NCBI GenBank assembly: GCA_965209055.1
Contig: OZ242374.1
Location: 5,888,001-5,952,000 of the forward strand
Length of the DNA stretch: 64,000 bases
Origin: Acidobacteriota bacterium
GTDB lineage: Bacteria > Acidobacteriota > UBA6911 > RPQK01 > JAJDTT01
Direction of reading: 5' to 3'
A model generated the notes under the pieces. It did no database searches and was not told where the DNA came from. It saw nothing but the letters and a program-made list of their open reading frames with translations. Each line of letters opens with the position of its first letter. Positions within the stretch are counted from its first letter, which is position 1. Positions 27,047-36,854 of this stretch are shown here, one piece after another. The translations under genes and the position numbers were made by a program.

Positions 27047-29515
27047 ATGGAGACCACCTGCGTCATTCTCTGCGGCGGACACGGTAGGCGCATGGGCTCC
27101 TCCCGGCACCACAAGGTCTGTTTCCCCATCGCCGGAGTCCCCGCCATCGTCCGCATCATCGACACTCTCAAGTCCGCCGGACTGAAGCATTTTCTCCTGG
27201 TCGTGGGCCAACGGGCCGTCGACGTCATGGAAACGGTGACCCGGGTCCACCCCGATGTCTCCTTCGCATACCAACCCGAAGCGCTGGGGACAGGGCACGC
27301 GGCCAGGTGCGCCGCCCGGGTCCTGCGCGACCGGCGTGCCGGCGGCGACGTCCTGATCACCATGGGAGACAAGGTCATCGAGGCCCAGGTGGTGCGGGAC
27401 CTGATGGAACGCCACCGGTCGGAAGCTGCGGACCTGACGCTCGCGGCTCTCCCCAAGGAGACGGAAAGCAGCGCCGGCCGGATCCTGCTGAACTCGGAAT
27501 CGAGACCCCTGGCCGTGGTCGAGGTGGCCGACATCCACCGCTCGTCGGAGACCGGGATCCCCATCACGGTCGCGGGAAAGGAATTGTCCGCCGCCGGGAT
27601 CGAGTCGGGAAGCCGATTGCTCAACACCTCCCTCTATCTCTTCAGAGGCGAATCCCTGCACTCCTCCCTGGCGGCCCTCGCGGCCGACAACGCCCAGCAG
27701 GAACTCTACCTGACGGACACGGTCGAGCAGGTTTCCGCCCACGGAGGCGCCACTTCGGTGCTGGAGGTGGCCGACCCACAGGATCTCATGGGGTTCAACA
27801 CCCCGGAGGAGTTGCTCCGGATCGAGGAGGCGCTGGGCCGGCGCAAGCCTCTTGGCGGGGGTCCCGCGGAGCCTCTCCCGCAGATCGACCCGAGCCGTCT
27901 GAAACCGGCCGGCGAGTGGTTGGAGATCCTGAACCGGAACCCCCCGTCCCTGCGGCGGTCTCTCTCGCAGGTATACGGCTCCGGCGGAGTCCTCCTGGAA
28001 CCGCGCATTCGCGCCTGCCGTCGCCTGGTGGAACGTTTCGTCGAGAGCCACGGCGCGGCGCGCCCCATGGTGCTGGCGCGGGCTCCGGGACGTCTCAACC
28101 TCATGGGACGGCACGTGGACCACCGGGGCGGGTACGTGAACACCATGGCCATCAACCGGGAGATCCTGTTGGCCGCCTCTCCCCGGGCAGACGACAGCGT
28201 CACTCTTCGGCACCTCTCTTCGGACGAATTTCCCGAAAGGACCTTTCGCATCCGCGATCTGTTGCCCGACACCGACTGGCTGGCCTGGATGGACTTCATC
28301 AGTTCCTACACCGTCAACCAGTTTCTCAGCGTCTCACGGGGAGATTGGAGCAACTACGCCCGGGCCGCCGTGCTGCGACTCCAGCACGCCTACCCTCACC
28401 GCAGGTTGCGGGGAATGGACTGCGTCGTCTGGGGGGACATCCCCCTGGGCGCCGGCCTCTCCAGCAGCTCGGCTCTGGTGGTGGCCATGGCGGAGGCGTC
28501 GGTGGCCCTCAATCAACTGGCTCTGAGCACACGGCAATTCGTGGATCTGTGCGGCGAGGGGGAATGGTTCGTCGGGTCCCGCGGCGGAATCGCCGACCAG
28601 GCCGCCATCCGCGGCGGGGAGAAGGACAAGGTCAGCAAGATCGGGTTCTTTCCGTTCCGGATCGAAGAGACCATCGACCTGCCCCGGGAGCTGTCGGTCA
28701 TCATCGCCAACAGCCGGACCGCCGTATCCAAGAGCCACGAGGCCCGGCACACCTTCAATCACCGGGTGGCCTGCTACGACCTCGCGGAGATGTTGCTGCG
28801 CAAGCACGCTTCCTTTCTGGGAGCCATGAAGCACCTCAGGGACCTGGACCCCGGCAAGCTGGGCCTGTCTCAGGCCGAGATCTACCGCCTGCTGAAACAG
28901 TTGCCCCAGCAGACCGGCCGCCGCGGCATTTTGAAGCAGTTGCCGGACCAGACCGAACGAGTCGGGGAGATCTTCTCGACTCACGACGACCTGGGGGAAT
29001 ATCCCCTGAGGGGGGTCGCTCTCTTCGGCGTCACCGAGTGCCGGCGCAGCGACCGGTTCTCCCGGCTCCTGAAGGACCGCCGGTTCGCCCGGATCGGAGA
29101 GATGATGCGGGTCAGCCACGACGGCGACCGCATCGTCCGGCATGACCAGGACCGGCCCCGTCCTCATTCCACCGCCTGCGGCGACCTGCAGTTGGACCGC
29201 CTGATCCGGGACTCCTTCTCCCCGGATCCCGCCAGGAGAGAGCGCGCCCGCCTCTGGATGCAGCCGGGCAGCTATGCCTGCTCCACGCCCAAAATCGATC
29301 GGATCGTGGATCTGGCCTGTGCCCAACCGGGGGTCGTGGGGGCTCAACTTTCAGGTGCGGGCCTGGGGGGCTGCGCCATGATCCTGGTCCGAAGCGCGGC
29401 GGTGGAGCGGACACTGAAACATCTGACCCGTGCCTGGCATGAAGCCCAGGGCCTGGAGGTCGATGCCTATGTCTGCCGGCCGGTGGCGGGAAGCGGACTC
29501 ATCGACTGCCGGTGA
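27047..29515 (+). CDS. Fused GlmU-like nucleotidyltransferase and galactokinase-like GHMP kinase
   Basis: N-terminal ILCGGHGRRM, QPEALGTGHA and DNAQQELYLTD; C-terminal APGRLNLMGRHVDH, GDIPLGAGLSSSSA, ADQ and GAQLSGAGLGGC. Confidence 0.88.
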   Translation: METTCVILCGGHGRRMGSSRHHKVCFPIAGVPAIVRIIDTLKSAGLKHFLLVVGQRAVDVMETVTRVHPDVSFAYQPEALGTGHAARCAARVLRDRRAGGDVLITMGDKVIEAQVVRDLMERHRSEAADLTLAALPKETESSAGRILLNSESRPLAVVEVADIHRSSETGIPITVAGKELSAAGIESGSRLLNTSLYLFRGESLHSSLAALAADNAQQELYLTDTVEQVSAHGGATSVLEVADPQDLMGFNTPEELLRIEEALGRRKPLGGGPAEPLPQIDPSRLKPAGEWLEILNRNPPSLRRSLSQVYGSGGVLLEPRIRACRRLVERFVESHGAARPMVLARAPGRLNLMGRHVDHRGGYVNTMAINREILLAASPRADDSVTLRHLSSDEFPERTFRIRDLLPDTDWLAWMDFISSYTVNQFLSVSRGDWSNYARAAVLRLQHAYPHRRLRGMDCVVWGDIPLGAGLSSSSALVVAMAEASVALNQLALSTRQFVDLCGEGEWFVGSRGGIADQAAIRGGEKDKVSKIGFFPFRIEETIDLPRELSVIIANSRTAVSKSHEARHTFNHRVACYDLAEMLLRKHASFLGAMKHLRDLDPGKLGLSQAEIYRLLKQLPQQTGRRGILKQLPDQTERVGEIFSTHDDLGEYPLRGVALFGVTECRRSDRFSRLLKDRRFARIGEMMRVSHDGDRIVRHDQDRPRPHSTACGDLQLDRLIRDSFSPDPARRERARLWMQPGSYACSTPKIDRIVDLACAQPGVVGAQLSGAGLGGCAMILVRSAAVERTLKHLTRAWHEAQGLEVDAYVCRPVAGSGLIDCR

Positions 29516-29539
29516 ACGGCGGGAGGAAGACGGGAAAAC

Positions 29540-30697
29540 ATGGAACCCACCCGCTTTGAAGGACGAGACGTTCGGACCGGGCGATCCATCTCCGTGGGCG
29601 TGACGGGTGAGACCATCGCCGATGTCCGGACCGGGAATCGCGCCGGGTCCGGACCCTGGATCGCTCCGGCCCTGTTGGACATCCAGCTCAACGGCTTCGG
29701 CGGTTACGGGTTCAATGAAGCGGAGACCTCGCCGGAATCGGTGGCGAGGGTGGTCCGAAGTCAGTGGAGGGCCGGGATCGGCGCCTTCCTGCCGACCGTC
29801 ACCACCCACTCCCAGGACAGGATGCTCCATTCCCTGAGGGCCATCACGGCCGCTTGCCGGGACCCCGGCACCCGCCGCTCGATCCTGGGAATCCATGTGG
29901 AGGGTCCCCACATCTCACGGCTGGACGGCCCCAGGGGAGCCCACCCGCTGGAACATGTCCGGCTGCCCTCGTGGGACGAATTCCTCCGGATGCAGGAAGC
30001 CGCCGAAGGCGGAATCCTCCTGGTGACGCTGGCGCCGGAGCTGGAGGGGGCCATCCCCTTCATCGAACGCTTGGCGGAAGCAGGGGTCGTGGTCGCCATC
30101 GGTCACACCAACGCCTCGGCGCACGATCTGGACACCGCCATCAGGGCCGGCGCCCGTCTCTCGACCCACCTGGGAAACGGAGCCCACTCATTGCTTCCGC
30201 GGCATCCCAACTACATCTGGGAGCAACTGTCCAGAGACCGGCTCGACTGCAGCGTCATCGCCGACGGGCATCACCTCCCCGCCTCGGTTCTCAAGTGCAT
30301 TCTGCGGTGCAAGGGAGTGGAGCGCACCATCCTCATCAGCGACGCCGTCACCCCCGCCGGACTCCCCCCCGGCACCTACCCGGCGGCGGGAGGAGCGGTG
30401 GAGGTGGCCGCCAACGGCCGGATCTCCCTGGCCGGTACGCCATACCTGGCCGGGGCCGGGGCCCACTTGTGCCAGGGCGTCTCCAACCTGGTCCGCATGG
30501 GCGTGGCCTCCCGTCGGGACGCCCTTCGGATGGCGAGCCTGAATCCCGCCCGCCTCCTGGCTCGGGACGACCGGATGGGAGCCCTGGAAGCGGGAAAGCT
30601 GGCCCACCTGATTCAGTTCTCATGGACGGAGGAAGGGATCCGGGTCCATCGAACGGTACTCGGCGGTCAGGTGGTCTTCGACGACGGCGCCGTCTGA
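29540..30697 (+). CDS. nagA: N-acetylglucosamine-6-phosphate deacetylase family amidohydrolase
   Basis: GIHVEGP, TLAPE, GHTNA, THLGN, ADGHH and ISDA motifs. Confidence 0.85.
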   Translation: MEPTRFEGRDVRTGRSISVGVTGETIADVRTGNRAGSGPWIAPALLDIQLNGFGGYGFNEAETSPESVARVVRSQWRAGIGAFLPTVTTHSQDRMLHSLRAITAACRDPGTRRSILGIHVEGPHISRLDGPRGAHPLEHVRLPSWDEFLRMQEAAEGGILLVTLAPELEGAIPFIERLAEAGVVVAIGHTNASAHDLDTAIRAGARLSTHLGNGAHSLLPRHPNYIWEQLSRDRLDCSVIADGHHLPASVLKCILRCKGVERTILISDAVTPAGLPPGTYPAAGGAVEVAANGRISLAGTPYLAGAGAHLCQGVSNLVRMGVASRRDALRMASLNPARLLARDDRMGALEAGKLAHLIQFSWTEEGIRVHRTVLGGQVVFDDGAV

Positions 30698-32817
30698 GCC
30701 CCGGCGACGATCTCCAGCAGTTCCTCGCCGTAGCGGCCGATCTTCGCCGGACCCAGTCCCTTGATGCTCTCCAGCTCCGCCAGCCGGTGGGGCCGGGCGG
30801 CGGCCAGAAGCTTCAAGGTGGCGTCGTGAAGCACGGTGTAGGGGGGAATCCGAGCCTCGCGCGCCCGGTTCGTCCTCCACGTTCTCAGTTCCTCGAAAAG
30901 GGCTTCATCGTAGGTCAGGTCGTCGGTCACGGGCGCCGCCGCCCGGGCCTTGGGCTTGGCCCGCTTTCGGGGCGGGACAGGCCAGGAGAGCTCCACCGGG
31001 TCCTGGCGCAACATGACGCGTCGGCCCCGGGGCGTGATGGAGACCACGGGGTACTCACCGGAAGAGACGCGGACGCACCCGTCCCGAATCAGCTCCTCCA
31101 TGATGGCCCGCAGGTAGGTTTGCCCGTGGCTCTTGAGCAGACCGTGGGTCGAGAGCCGGTCAAGACCGCGGTCCATGATCTCCTGCGCTTTCGATCCCCT
31201 CAGCACCTGGAGCACCTTGGCCAGTCCGAACCGGCCCTGCATGCGGGCCACGCAGCTCAGGGCCTTCTGCAGAACGACCCACTCCTCTTCCGTCGGTTCC
31301 CGGATCTCACCCGTCGAGAAGCGGCGGCAACGATCGCAGTTGTCGCACTCGGCGGCCGCCTCCCGGTCGCCGAAGTAGCCCAGGATGTAGCCGTGCCGGC
31401 AGCGCGTCGAATTGACGTAGCCGAGGATGTCCCTCAATTTCCTCCGGTCGCGGCGGCGCTTCTCCACCAGATAGGAGGCCTCCCGGTCCAGGCGGACACG
31501 GCCGGCGTCCTGCAACAGGGAGATGGCGATCTGCCCACCCGGGGCCGGCTCCTGCCGGATCAGCTCGCTCCGCTCCAGCAGGGAGAAGAGGGTCCGAATC
31601 GACAAGTCGCTGGCTTCAGACGAGATTTCCCGGGTCCATGCCGTGAACGGCTGGACTCGCGGTTCCTCCCGGGAACAGGTTCTCCGCAGCACTCTCCAGG
31701 TCCGCTCCAGGAGCAAGGGCTCCGGATTGGCGGCATCCAGAAAAAACTCCTGGGTCCGCACGTCGGCGTAGTTGTAGAGAAGCTCGCAAAGCGCCGGCGA
31801 CCCGTCCCGGCCGGCCCGTCCGATCTCCTGGTAGTAGGCTTCGACGCTGCCCGGCAGGTCCCAATGCACCACGAAGCGAAGATCGGTCCGGTCCACGCCC
31901 ATGCCGAACGCGTTGGTGGCCACCACGACCGGAACGTCCTTCCCCATGAACCGATCCTGGACCGCCTGGCGCTCCTGGTCCGGCAAGCCCGCGTGATAGA
32001 GGCTCGTCTTCCTCCCGGCGTCCCTCAGGAGGAAATGGACCTTCTCGGCCTGTTTCCGGGTCGCGCAGTAGACGATTCCGGACTCCCATTCGTCCAGGAT
32101 CTCGATCACCCGGTCCAACTTGGCCTGGTGGTTCGCCGTCCGCGAAACCACCAGCCGGAGGTTGGGCCTTTCCAGGCCGAAGACCAGAAGCCGGGCCTCG
32201 GAACGGCCTTCCTGTCCCAGTCCGAGTTGCTTCAGAATGTCCTCCCGAACGTAAGGCGTGGCCGTGGCGGTCAGGGCCATCACCCGGGCCCGGGGGAACC
32301 GGGTCAGGACCGGAGCCAGGCGCAGGTACTCGGGACGGAAGTCGTGCCCCCAGTGGCTGATGCAGTGGGCCTCGTCCACCGCCATCAGGGAGACCTGCCG
32401 ATTCTGAAGGACTTCCATGAAACGCCGGTTCCGGAAGCGTTCCGGAGCCACGTAGACCAGCTTGTACGACCCCCTTTCCAACTCCCGGATGCGGTGGTCC
32501 ATTTCCTGCCAGGAAAGGGAGGAGTTGATGAAGGTGGCGGGCAGGTTCCGGGCCACGAGTCCGTCCACCTGGTCCTTCATGAGGGCGATCAAGGGCGAGA
32601 CCACCACCGTGACCCCCTCCAGCAACATCGCGGTCAACTGGTAGCAGAGGGACTTTCCCTTCCCCGTCGGCATGATCACGATGGAATCGTCGCCGTTCAG
32701 GGTGTGGCGTATGGTCTCTTCCTGCCCCGGAAGAAAGGAGGGGAAGCCGAAATGCTCCTTCAGCGCCGCCCGCAGGTCGGGTGCAGGATCCACCACGTTC
32801 GTATCTATTGAGCACAA
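30667..32817 (-). CDS. recQ: RecQ family DNA helicase with RQC and HRDC domains
   Basis: MPTGKGKSLCYQ, VDEAHCISHWGHDFRP, ATNAFGMGVD, YQEIGRAGRDG and CDNCDRC; C-terminal HRDC. Confidence 0.95.
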   Translation of the reverse strand: MCSIDTNVVDPAPDLRAALKEHFGFPSFLPGQEETIRHTLNGDDSIVIMPTGKGKSLCYQLTAMLLEGVTVVVSPLIALMKDQVDGLVARNLPATFINSSLSWQEMDHRIRELERGSYKLVYVAPERFRNRRFMEVLQNRQVSLMAVDEAHCISHWGHDFRPEYLRLAPVLTRFPRARVMALTATATPYVREDILKQLGLGQEGRSEARLLVFGLERPNLRLVVSRTANHQAKLDRVIEILDEWESGIVYCATRKQAEKVHFLLRDAGRKTSLYHAGLPDQERQAVQDRFMGKDVPVVVATNAFGMGVDRTDLRFVVHWDLPGSVEAYYQEIGRAGRDGSPALCELLYNYADVRTQEFFLDAANPEPLLLERTWRVLRRTCSREEPRVQPFTAWTREISSEASDLSIRTLFSLLERSELIRQEPAPGGQIAISLLQDAGRVRLDREASYLVEKRRRDRRKLRDILGYVNSTRCRHGYILGYFGDREAAAECDNCDRCRRFSTGEIREPTEEEWVVLQKALSCVARMQGRFGLAKVLQVLRGSKAQEIMDRGLDRLSTHGLLKSHGQTYLRAIMEELIRDGCVRVSSGEYPVVSITPRGRRVMLRQDPVELSWPVPPRKRAKPKARAAAPVTDDLTYDEALFEELRTWRTNRAREARIPPYTVLHDATLKLLAAARPHRLAELESIKGLGPAKIGRYGEELLEIVAGAQTAPSSKTT

Positions 32818-32966
32818 ACCGGCACTACCCTCCCACGGCGAGGATCGACCTGGTAAGCCTCAAAAAAAAGTCCGACAATTGGATGTTCGTCAAAGCTGCA
32901 ACCAGCGTGGCGGACCCGAAGGGCCGAGCAGACGCGGCGCTTGTGCGCTTCCGATCTGTTCATCCC

Positions 32967-33533
32967 TCAAATCAGCGCTCGGTGGACGCATTTCCTGATG
33001 GCATCGTAGTCTCCCTCATGGGACCGCCGGGAAGCTTCCATCCAAGCCTCGCGATCCAGCCGCGTGAGATCCATTCCATGACCGGCCCGCTCCGCCAGTT
33101 GCTTCACATACTGGAGTTGGACACGACCATTACCTTCGCGGAATGGATGGACGAAATTGACATCACCCAGAATTGGCCCAACTTGGCCGGCAAACTGTTT
33201 CCGGGTCGTCCCCTGAAAATACGTTGCCACGATAATCCGGCGATGGACATCCATCATGCCAGTCTCGATGAACCGCCTCGGCTGGAACTGATTGCCGCCT
33301 TTCTCAATCTCTACGGTCCGTACCTCTCCGGCCCATTCGTAAATATCCTGAAAGAGATGGTGGTGGATCGCCTTGAGGTGATCAAGGTCGAAATCCCCCG
33401 TAGGAATCGCTTCCAGAAGGCGTTGCGCCACAAACTGGCGCTCCGCCGACTCCAGCGTTTGGAGATCCCTAATGTTCAACCTGTTTCGAAGAACCGTGAA
33501 ATCGGGAGGGTAGCAATAGTCAGGATCGCTCAT
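32967..33533 (-). CDS. Fic family protein (class I FicT-like toxin)
   Basis: DYCYP...LRNRLNI, IHHHLFQDIYEWAGEVR and HPFREGNGR; ATGA overlap with the upstream small ORF. Confidence 0.92.
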   Translation of the reverse strand: MSDPDYCYPPDFTVLRNRLNIRDLQTLESAERQFVAQRLLEAIPTGDFDLDHLKAIHHHLFQDIYEWAGEVRTVEIEKGGNQFQPRRFIETGMMDVHRRIIVATYFQGTTRKQFAGQVGPILGDVNFVHPFREGNGRVQLQYVKQLAERAGHGMDLTRLDREAWMEASRRSHEGDYDAIRKCVHRALI

Positions 33534-33748
33534 TCGGCCGCGACAAGACTCTTGCGGTCCTTCAGTCGCCGTGCGATGTAGGCGCGGCGGTCGGCGGGGC
33601 TCCATTCTTCCCGTTCGAACATCTCGAACATCTCCACCTCATCGGACCGGAGGGGATTAGCCTCCATCGCCTGTAGATGCAGAGCCTCGGCCAGACGTTC
33701 TCGAACGGAGGCGACCACGAGCCGACCTAGTTTTTTCTTCTGCATCAC
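33530..33748 (-). CDS. Putative FicA/VbhA-like antitoxin
   Basis: 72-aa helical ORF overlapping the fic start; LHLQAMEANP resembles the inhibitory-Glu helix. Confidence 0.72.
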   Translation of the reverse strand: MMQKKKLGRLVVASVRERLAEALHLQAMEANPLRSDEVEMFEMFEREEWSPADRRAYIARRLKDRKSLVAAE

Positions 33749-33866
33749 AAGGTCAAAATATCACAGTTCCCCACGCGGATCAGGAGATTGTGGCGAGGAC
33801 GAGACCGGCACTTTCGACCTCTGGAAACCAAGATGGCCAGATATGTCCGAATGTGTAGGAGTGGTC

Positions 33867-34850
33867 TCAGCCTGCCAAAAGTGGTTTCAGATACCGGGCG
33901 CTCCGGGCCACCGCTTCTTCCACCGGCATAACGCCGGCGAAGGCCTGGTGGACGGTCACATAGCCTCCATACCCGATGGCGTCGAGGCCGCGGAAGACCT
34001 CCTCGAAATCGACGCCTCCTTCTTCCCAGAGTCCGATGTGGTCCACGGCGACGCCGCCGCGCCCCCAGGTCTCGACCACCGTCACCCCCGTGGGAGTCAG
34101 GAGATGGTTCTGAACATAGACGTTCATGATCCAGGGTTCGAGGCGGCGGATGGTCTCGGCCCCGTAGTCCTCGCCGGCGATGAACCAGTTGGCCGGTTCG
34201 TAGATGATGCCGAAATTGGAGCGGCCGACCCGCTTGAGGGTGTCCAGAGCCCCCTGGACCGTCTCGAACAGGCTGGCGCAATGCGCCTGGTGGGCAAGCC
34301 GGATCCCCCGCTCCCGGGCCTCGTCCGAGGCGCGGGCGGCCCATTCGATATCCTCTTCCTTCTTCATGCAGATCCGGATCAGATCGGATCCCAGCGCCTC
34401 GGTCAGGTCCAGGTAGGGGGTGATGTTCCGGAGTCCCTCGGGCCCCTGCTCGTCGTTTCGGGGAACCGCGAAATCGCCGGTGACCATGGAGACGGTCAGA
34501 CCCGCCCGGGCGATGGAGCGGGCGGCTGCCCGGACTCTCTCCGGCGGCGAATGGGTGCCCACCTGGGAGGCTCTCATGCAGATCGCTTCATATCCGTGCT
34601 CCTGAGCCAGGCCGATGATCTGGTCCAGGGTCAGGTCCGCCCTTTCCTTGGAGCTGAAGGATTCGGCCACGCGTGCCGAGAGGGAAAGCTTCATGGTGTC
34701 CTCGCTGTTCGATTTGGAATCGGAAGGCTCCTCAGCCGCGGGACGGCAACCGCTCAGAAGACCTGCGGCGCCCAGTCCCAGGATGCGCCCCAGCAACTGT
34801 CGCCGAGTCGGCGACGCCACCTGGTTCCACGCGCCTTCAGTTGCGCTCAT
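33867..34850 (-). CDS. Sugar phosphate isomerase/epimerase (AP endonuclease 2 TIM-barrel) family with Tat/lipoprotein-like leader
   Basis: TRRQLL...LLSGC leader; NFGIIYEPAN, GGVDFEEVFRGL and GYGGYVTVH. Confidence 0.8.
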   Translation of the reverse strand: MSATEGAWNQVASPTRRQLLGRILGLGAAGLLSGCRPAAEEPSDSKSNSEDTMKLSLSARVAESFSSKERADLTLDQIIGLAQEHGYEAICMRASQVGTHSPPERVRAAARSIARAGLTVSMVTGDFAVPRNDEQGPEGLRNITPYLDLTEALGSDLIRICMKKEEDIEWAARASDEARERGIRLAHQAHCASLFETVQGALDTLKRVGRSNFGIIYEPANWFIAGEDYGAETIRRLEPWIMNVYVQNHLLTPTGVTVVETWGRGGVAVDHIGLWEEGGVDFEEVFRGLDAIGYGGYVTVHQAFAGVMPVEEAVARSARYLKPLLAG

Positions 34851-35926
34851 CGGCTGAGGCTCACCTCGACGCGCCGGCCTGAGCGGCGGGTCCGGTCTCC
34901 AACCAGTCGTTCGGCGATCTGGACGGCGTTGAGGGCCGCCCCCTTGCGAATCTGATCCCCGCAGACGAACAGGTCCAGCCCGTGGACCCCGTTCTTCCCC
35001 GACCGGCTGATGTCGGAGCGAATCCGGCCCACGAAGACATCGTCCCGGCCCGATGCGCCCAGGGGCGTCGGAAATCGGTTGCCGGTCCGGTCGTCCAGAA
35101 TCGAGACTCCGGGAGCGTTTTCCAGCAGACTCCTGGCCTGTTCCGCATCGAGGGCCTCCTCGAGCTCCAGGTTGATGCTCTCGGCATGGGCGCGCATGAC
35201 CGGAACCCGGACACAGGTGGCGGTGATGGCCACCGAGGAGTCGCCCCAGATCTTGTGGGACTCCCGAACCATCTTCGTCTCCTCCGTGTTGTACCCCTCG
35301 GGTCCGATGGCCGAGTCGTGGCTGAAGAGATTGAAGGCGTACTGCTGCCGGAAGATCTCACACTTGGGGGCCCGGCCGGACAGCACTTCCCGGGTCTGCT
35401 GCTCCAGTTCGGCCATGGCGGCGGCTCCGGCGCCGCTGGCGGCCTGGTAGGTGCTCACCACGATGCGCCGCACCCCGACGGCCCGGTGTATGGGAGTCAC
35501 CGGGACGATCATGATGATGGTCGAGCAGTTGGGGTTGGCGATGATGCCGCCATTGCCCAACTGCACGCCCTCCAAGGCTTTGGGGTTGACCTCCGGGACC
35601 ACCAGCGGAATCCCCGGAGTCATGCGAAAGGCCGAGCTGTTGTCGACGACGGTGGCGCCGGCCTCGGCGGCCAGTGGAGCGAACTTCCGGCTGATGGACG
35701 CGCCGGCGCTGAACAGGGCCAGTTCCAAGCCCCGGAAGCTGTCCTCCGTCAGTTCCTCGACGGTGTGGGGAATTCCTTGGAATTCAATGGTCTTGCCCGC
35801 GCTGCGGCGGCTGGCGAGAAGCTTGAGCCGGCCCACGGGAAAACGCCGCTCGGCCAGCAGGCGGACAAATTCCTGCCCGACGGCTCCGGTCGCACCTACG
35901 ATGGCTACGTTCAAATCGCCCGACAC
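34847..35926 (-). CDS. asd: Aspartate-semialdehyde dehydrogenase
   Basis: VGATGAVG, DNSSAFR, IIANPNCST, TYQAASGAG, CVRVPV and DQIRKGAALNAVQIAE. Confidence 0.97.
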   Translation of the reverse strand: MSGDLNVAIVGATGAVGQEFVRLLAERRFPVGRLKLLASRRSAGKTIEFQGIPHTVEELTEDSFRGLELALFSAGASISRKFAPLAAEAGATVVDNSSAFRMTPGIPLVVPEVNPKALEGVQLGNGGIIANPNCSTIIMIVPVTPIHRAVGVRRIVVSTYQAASGAGAAAMAELEQQTREVLSGRAPKCEIFRQQYAFNLFSHDSAIGPEGYNTEETKMVRESHKIWGDSSVAITATCVRVPVMRAHAESINLELEEALDAEQARSLLENAPGVSILDDRTGNRFPTPLGASGRDDVFVGRIRSDISRSGKNGVHGLDLFVCGDQIRKGAALNAVQIAERLVGDRTRRSGRRVEVSLSR

Positions 35927-35954
35927 GGCACACCTCCGTCTTACGTGGAAAAAA

Positions 35955-35963
35955 AGTATACCA
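35955..35963 (-). promoter_or_regulatory. Putative extended -10 promoter for asd
   Basis: TGgTATACT on the minus strand about 30 nt upstream of the GTG start; GGAGG RBS at 35933-35937. Confidence 0.55.
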
Positions 35964-36014
35964 AGATGCCCGCCGCTGAAGTTCGGGACGGCGGGGTGCG
36001 GGTAGGCTGCAGTT

Positions 36015-36854
36015 TCAGTTCAGCAGCGTCGCCTTCTTGATGTAGTCCAGCTTGGGGAAATCCCGCTTGAGATAACCGTTCCCTTCGGCTCGAATCCGCC
36101 CCTGACTCGGCCCTCTGCCCGAAAGAGCACCCTCGCCGTACCCCTTGTAGACGGAGTCCACCACCTCCATCCCTTCGATGACTCGGCCGAAGGGAGAAAA
36201 GCCGTAGCTGTCCAGGCTCCCGTTGTCCTTGTAGTTGATGAAGAACTGCACCGACCGGGAGTGGGGCATGTTGGTCTTGGCGAAGGAAATGTAGCCCCGC
36301 TGGTTCGACTTCACCACCGGGTCGTCCTGGATGTTGGCGGCGCTCCACTTCTGCCCGATGGCCGGATCGCCATGCATGCCGAACTGGGCCATGAACCCCT
36401 CGATCACCCGGAAGAAGGCGATGTTCCGGAAGTAGCCGATCTTCACCAGGTTGTAGAAACGGTCCGCGCCTCGAGGCGACCATTCCCGGGTCACCTCGAC
36501 CACGAAGTCCCCCTTGGTGGTCTCGAATCTGGCCTTGAAACTGGCGGGAGCCTTCTCGCTGGCCAGCGAGGGATTCCTCAGAGCGGGATTGGGCCCTTTC
36601 ATGGGCCGTGGCGGTTTGTCCATCTTGACGGGCTCCGGTTTCGGTTCATCGGGTTTCTTGGCCGGTTCCGGCGGGATCACATCCGCAACGTCGCCGGCCG
36701 CTTCCTCGGCGGTCGCCTTGTCTCCTGCGTCGGCCACGGCCTCTTCAGCCGCCGGCGGCTCCGCCAAATCCGGTTCATCAGTGACAGGCGCGCTACAGGA
36801 GAGCGAAAGCAACAACAAGAAAAACGCACAACAGCTCCATCGCCTCTCATGCAT
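36015..36854 (-). CDS. Cyclophilin-type peptidyl-prolyl isomerase, probable lipoprotein with Pro/Ala/Glu-rich linker
   Basis: FETTKG, FFRVIEGFMAQFG, QFFIN and FGRVIEGMEVVD; signal ending LSLSC. Confidence 0.92.
   Translation of the reverse strand: MHERRWSCCAFFLLLLSLSCSAPVTDEPDLAEPPAAEEAVADAGDKATAEEAAGDVADVIPPEPAKKPDEPKPEPVKMDKPPRPMKGPNPALRNPSLASEKAPASFKARFETTKGDFVVEVTREWSPRGADRFYNLVKIGYFRNIAFFRVIEGFMAQFGMHGDPAIGQKWSAANIQDDPVVKSNQRGYISFAKTNMPHSRSVQFFINYKDNGSLDSYGFSPFGRVIEGMEVVDSVYKGYGEGALSGRGPSQGRIRAEGNGYLKRDFPKLDYIKKATLLN

Noticed and set aside
30667-30697. 31-nt convergent overlap of nagA and recQ as a regulatory feature
   Set aside because: Short 3' overlaps are common in compact GC-rich genomes.
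32781-33581. 266-aa + strand ORF across the fic gene
   Set aside because: It is antisense to a clear Fic gene and has no motifs.
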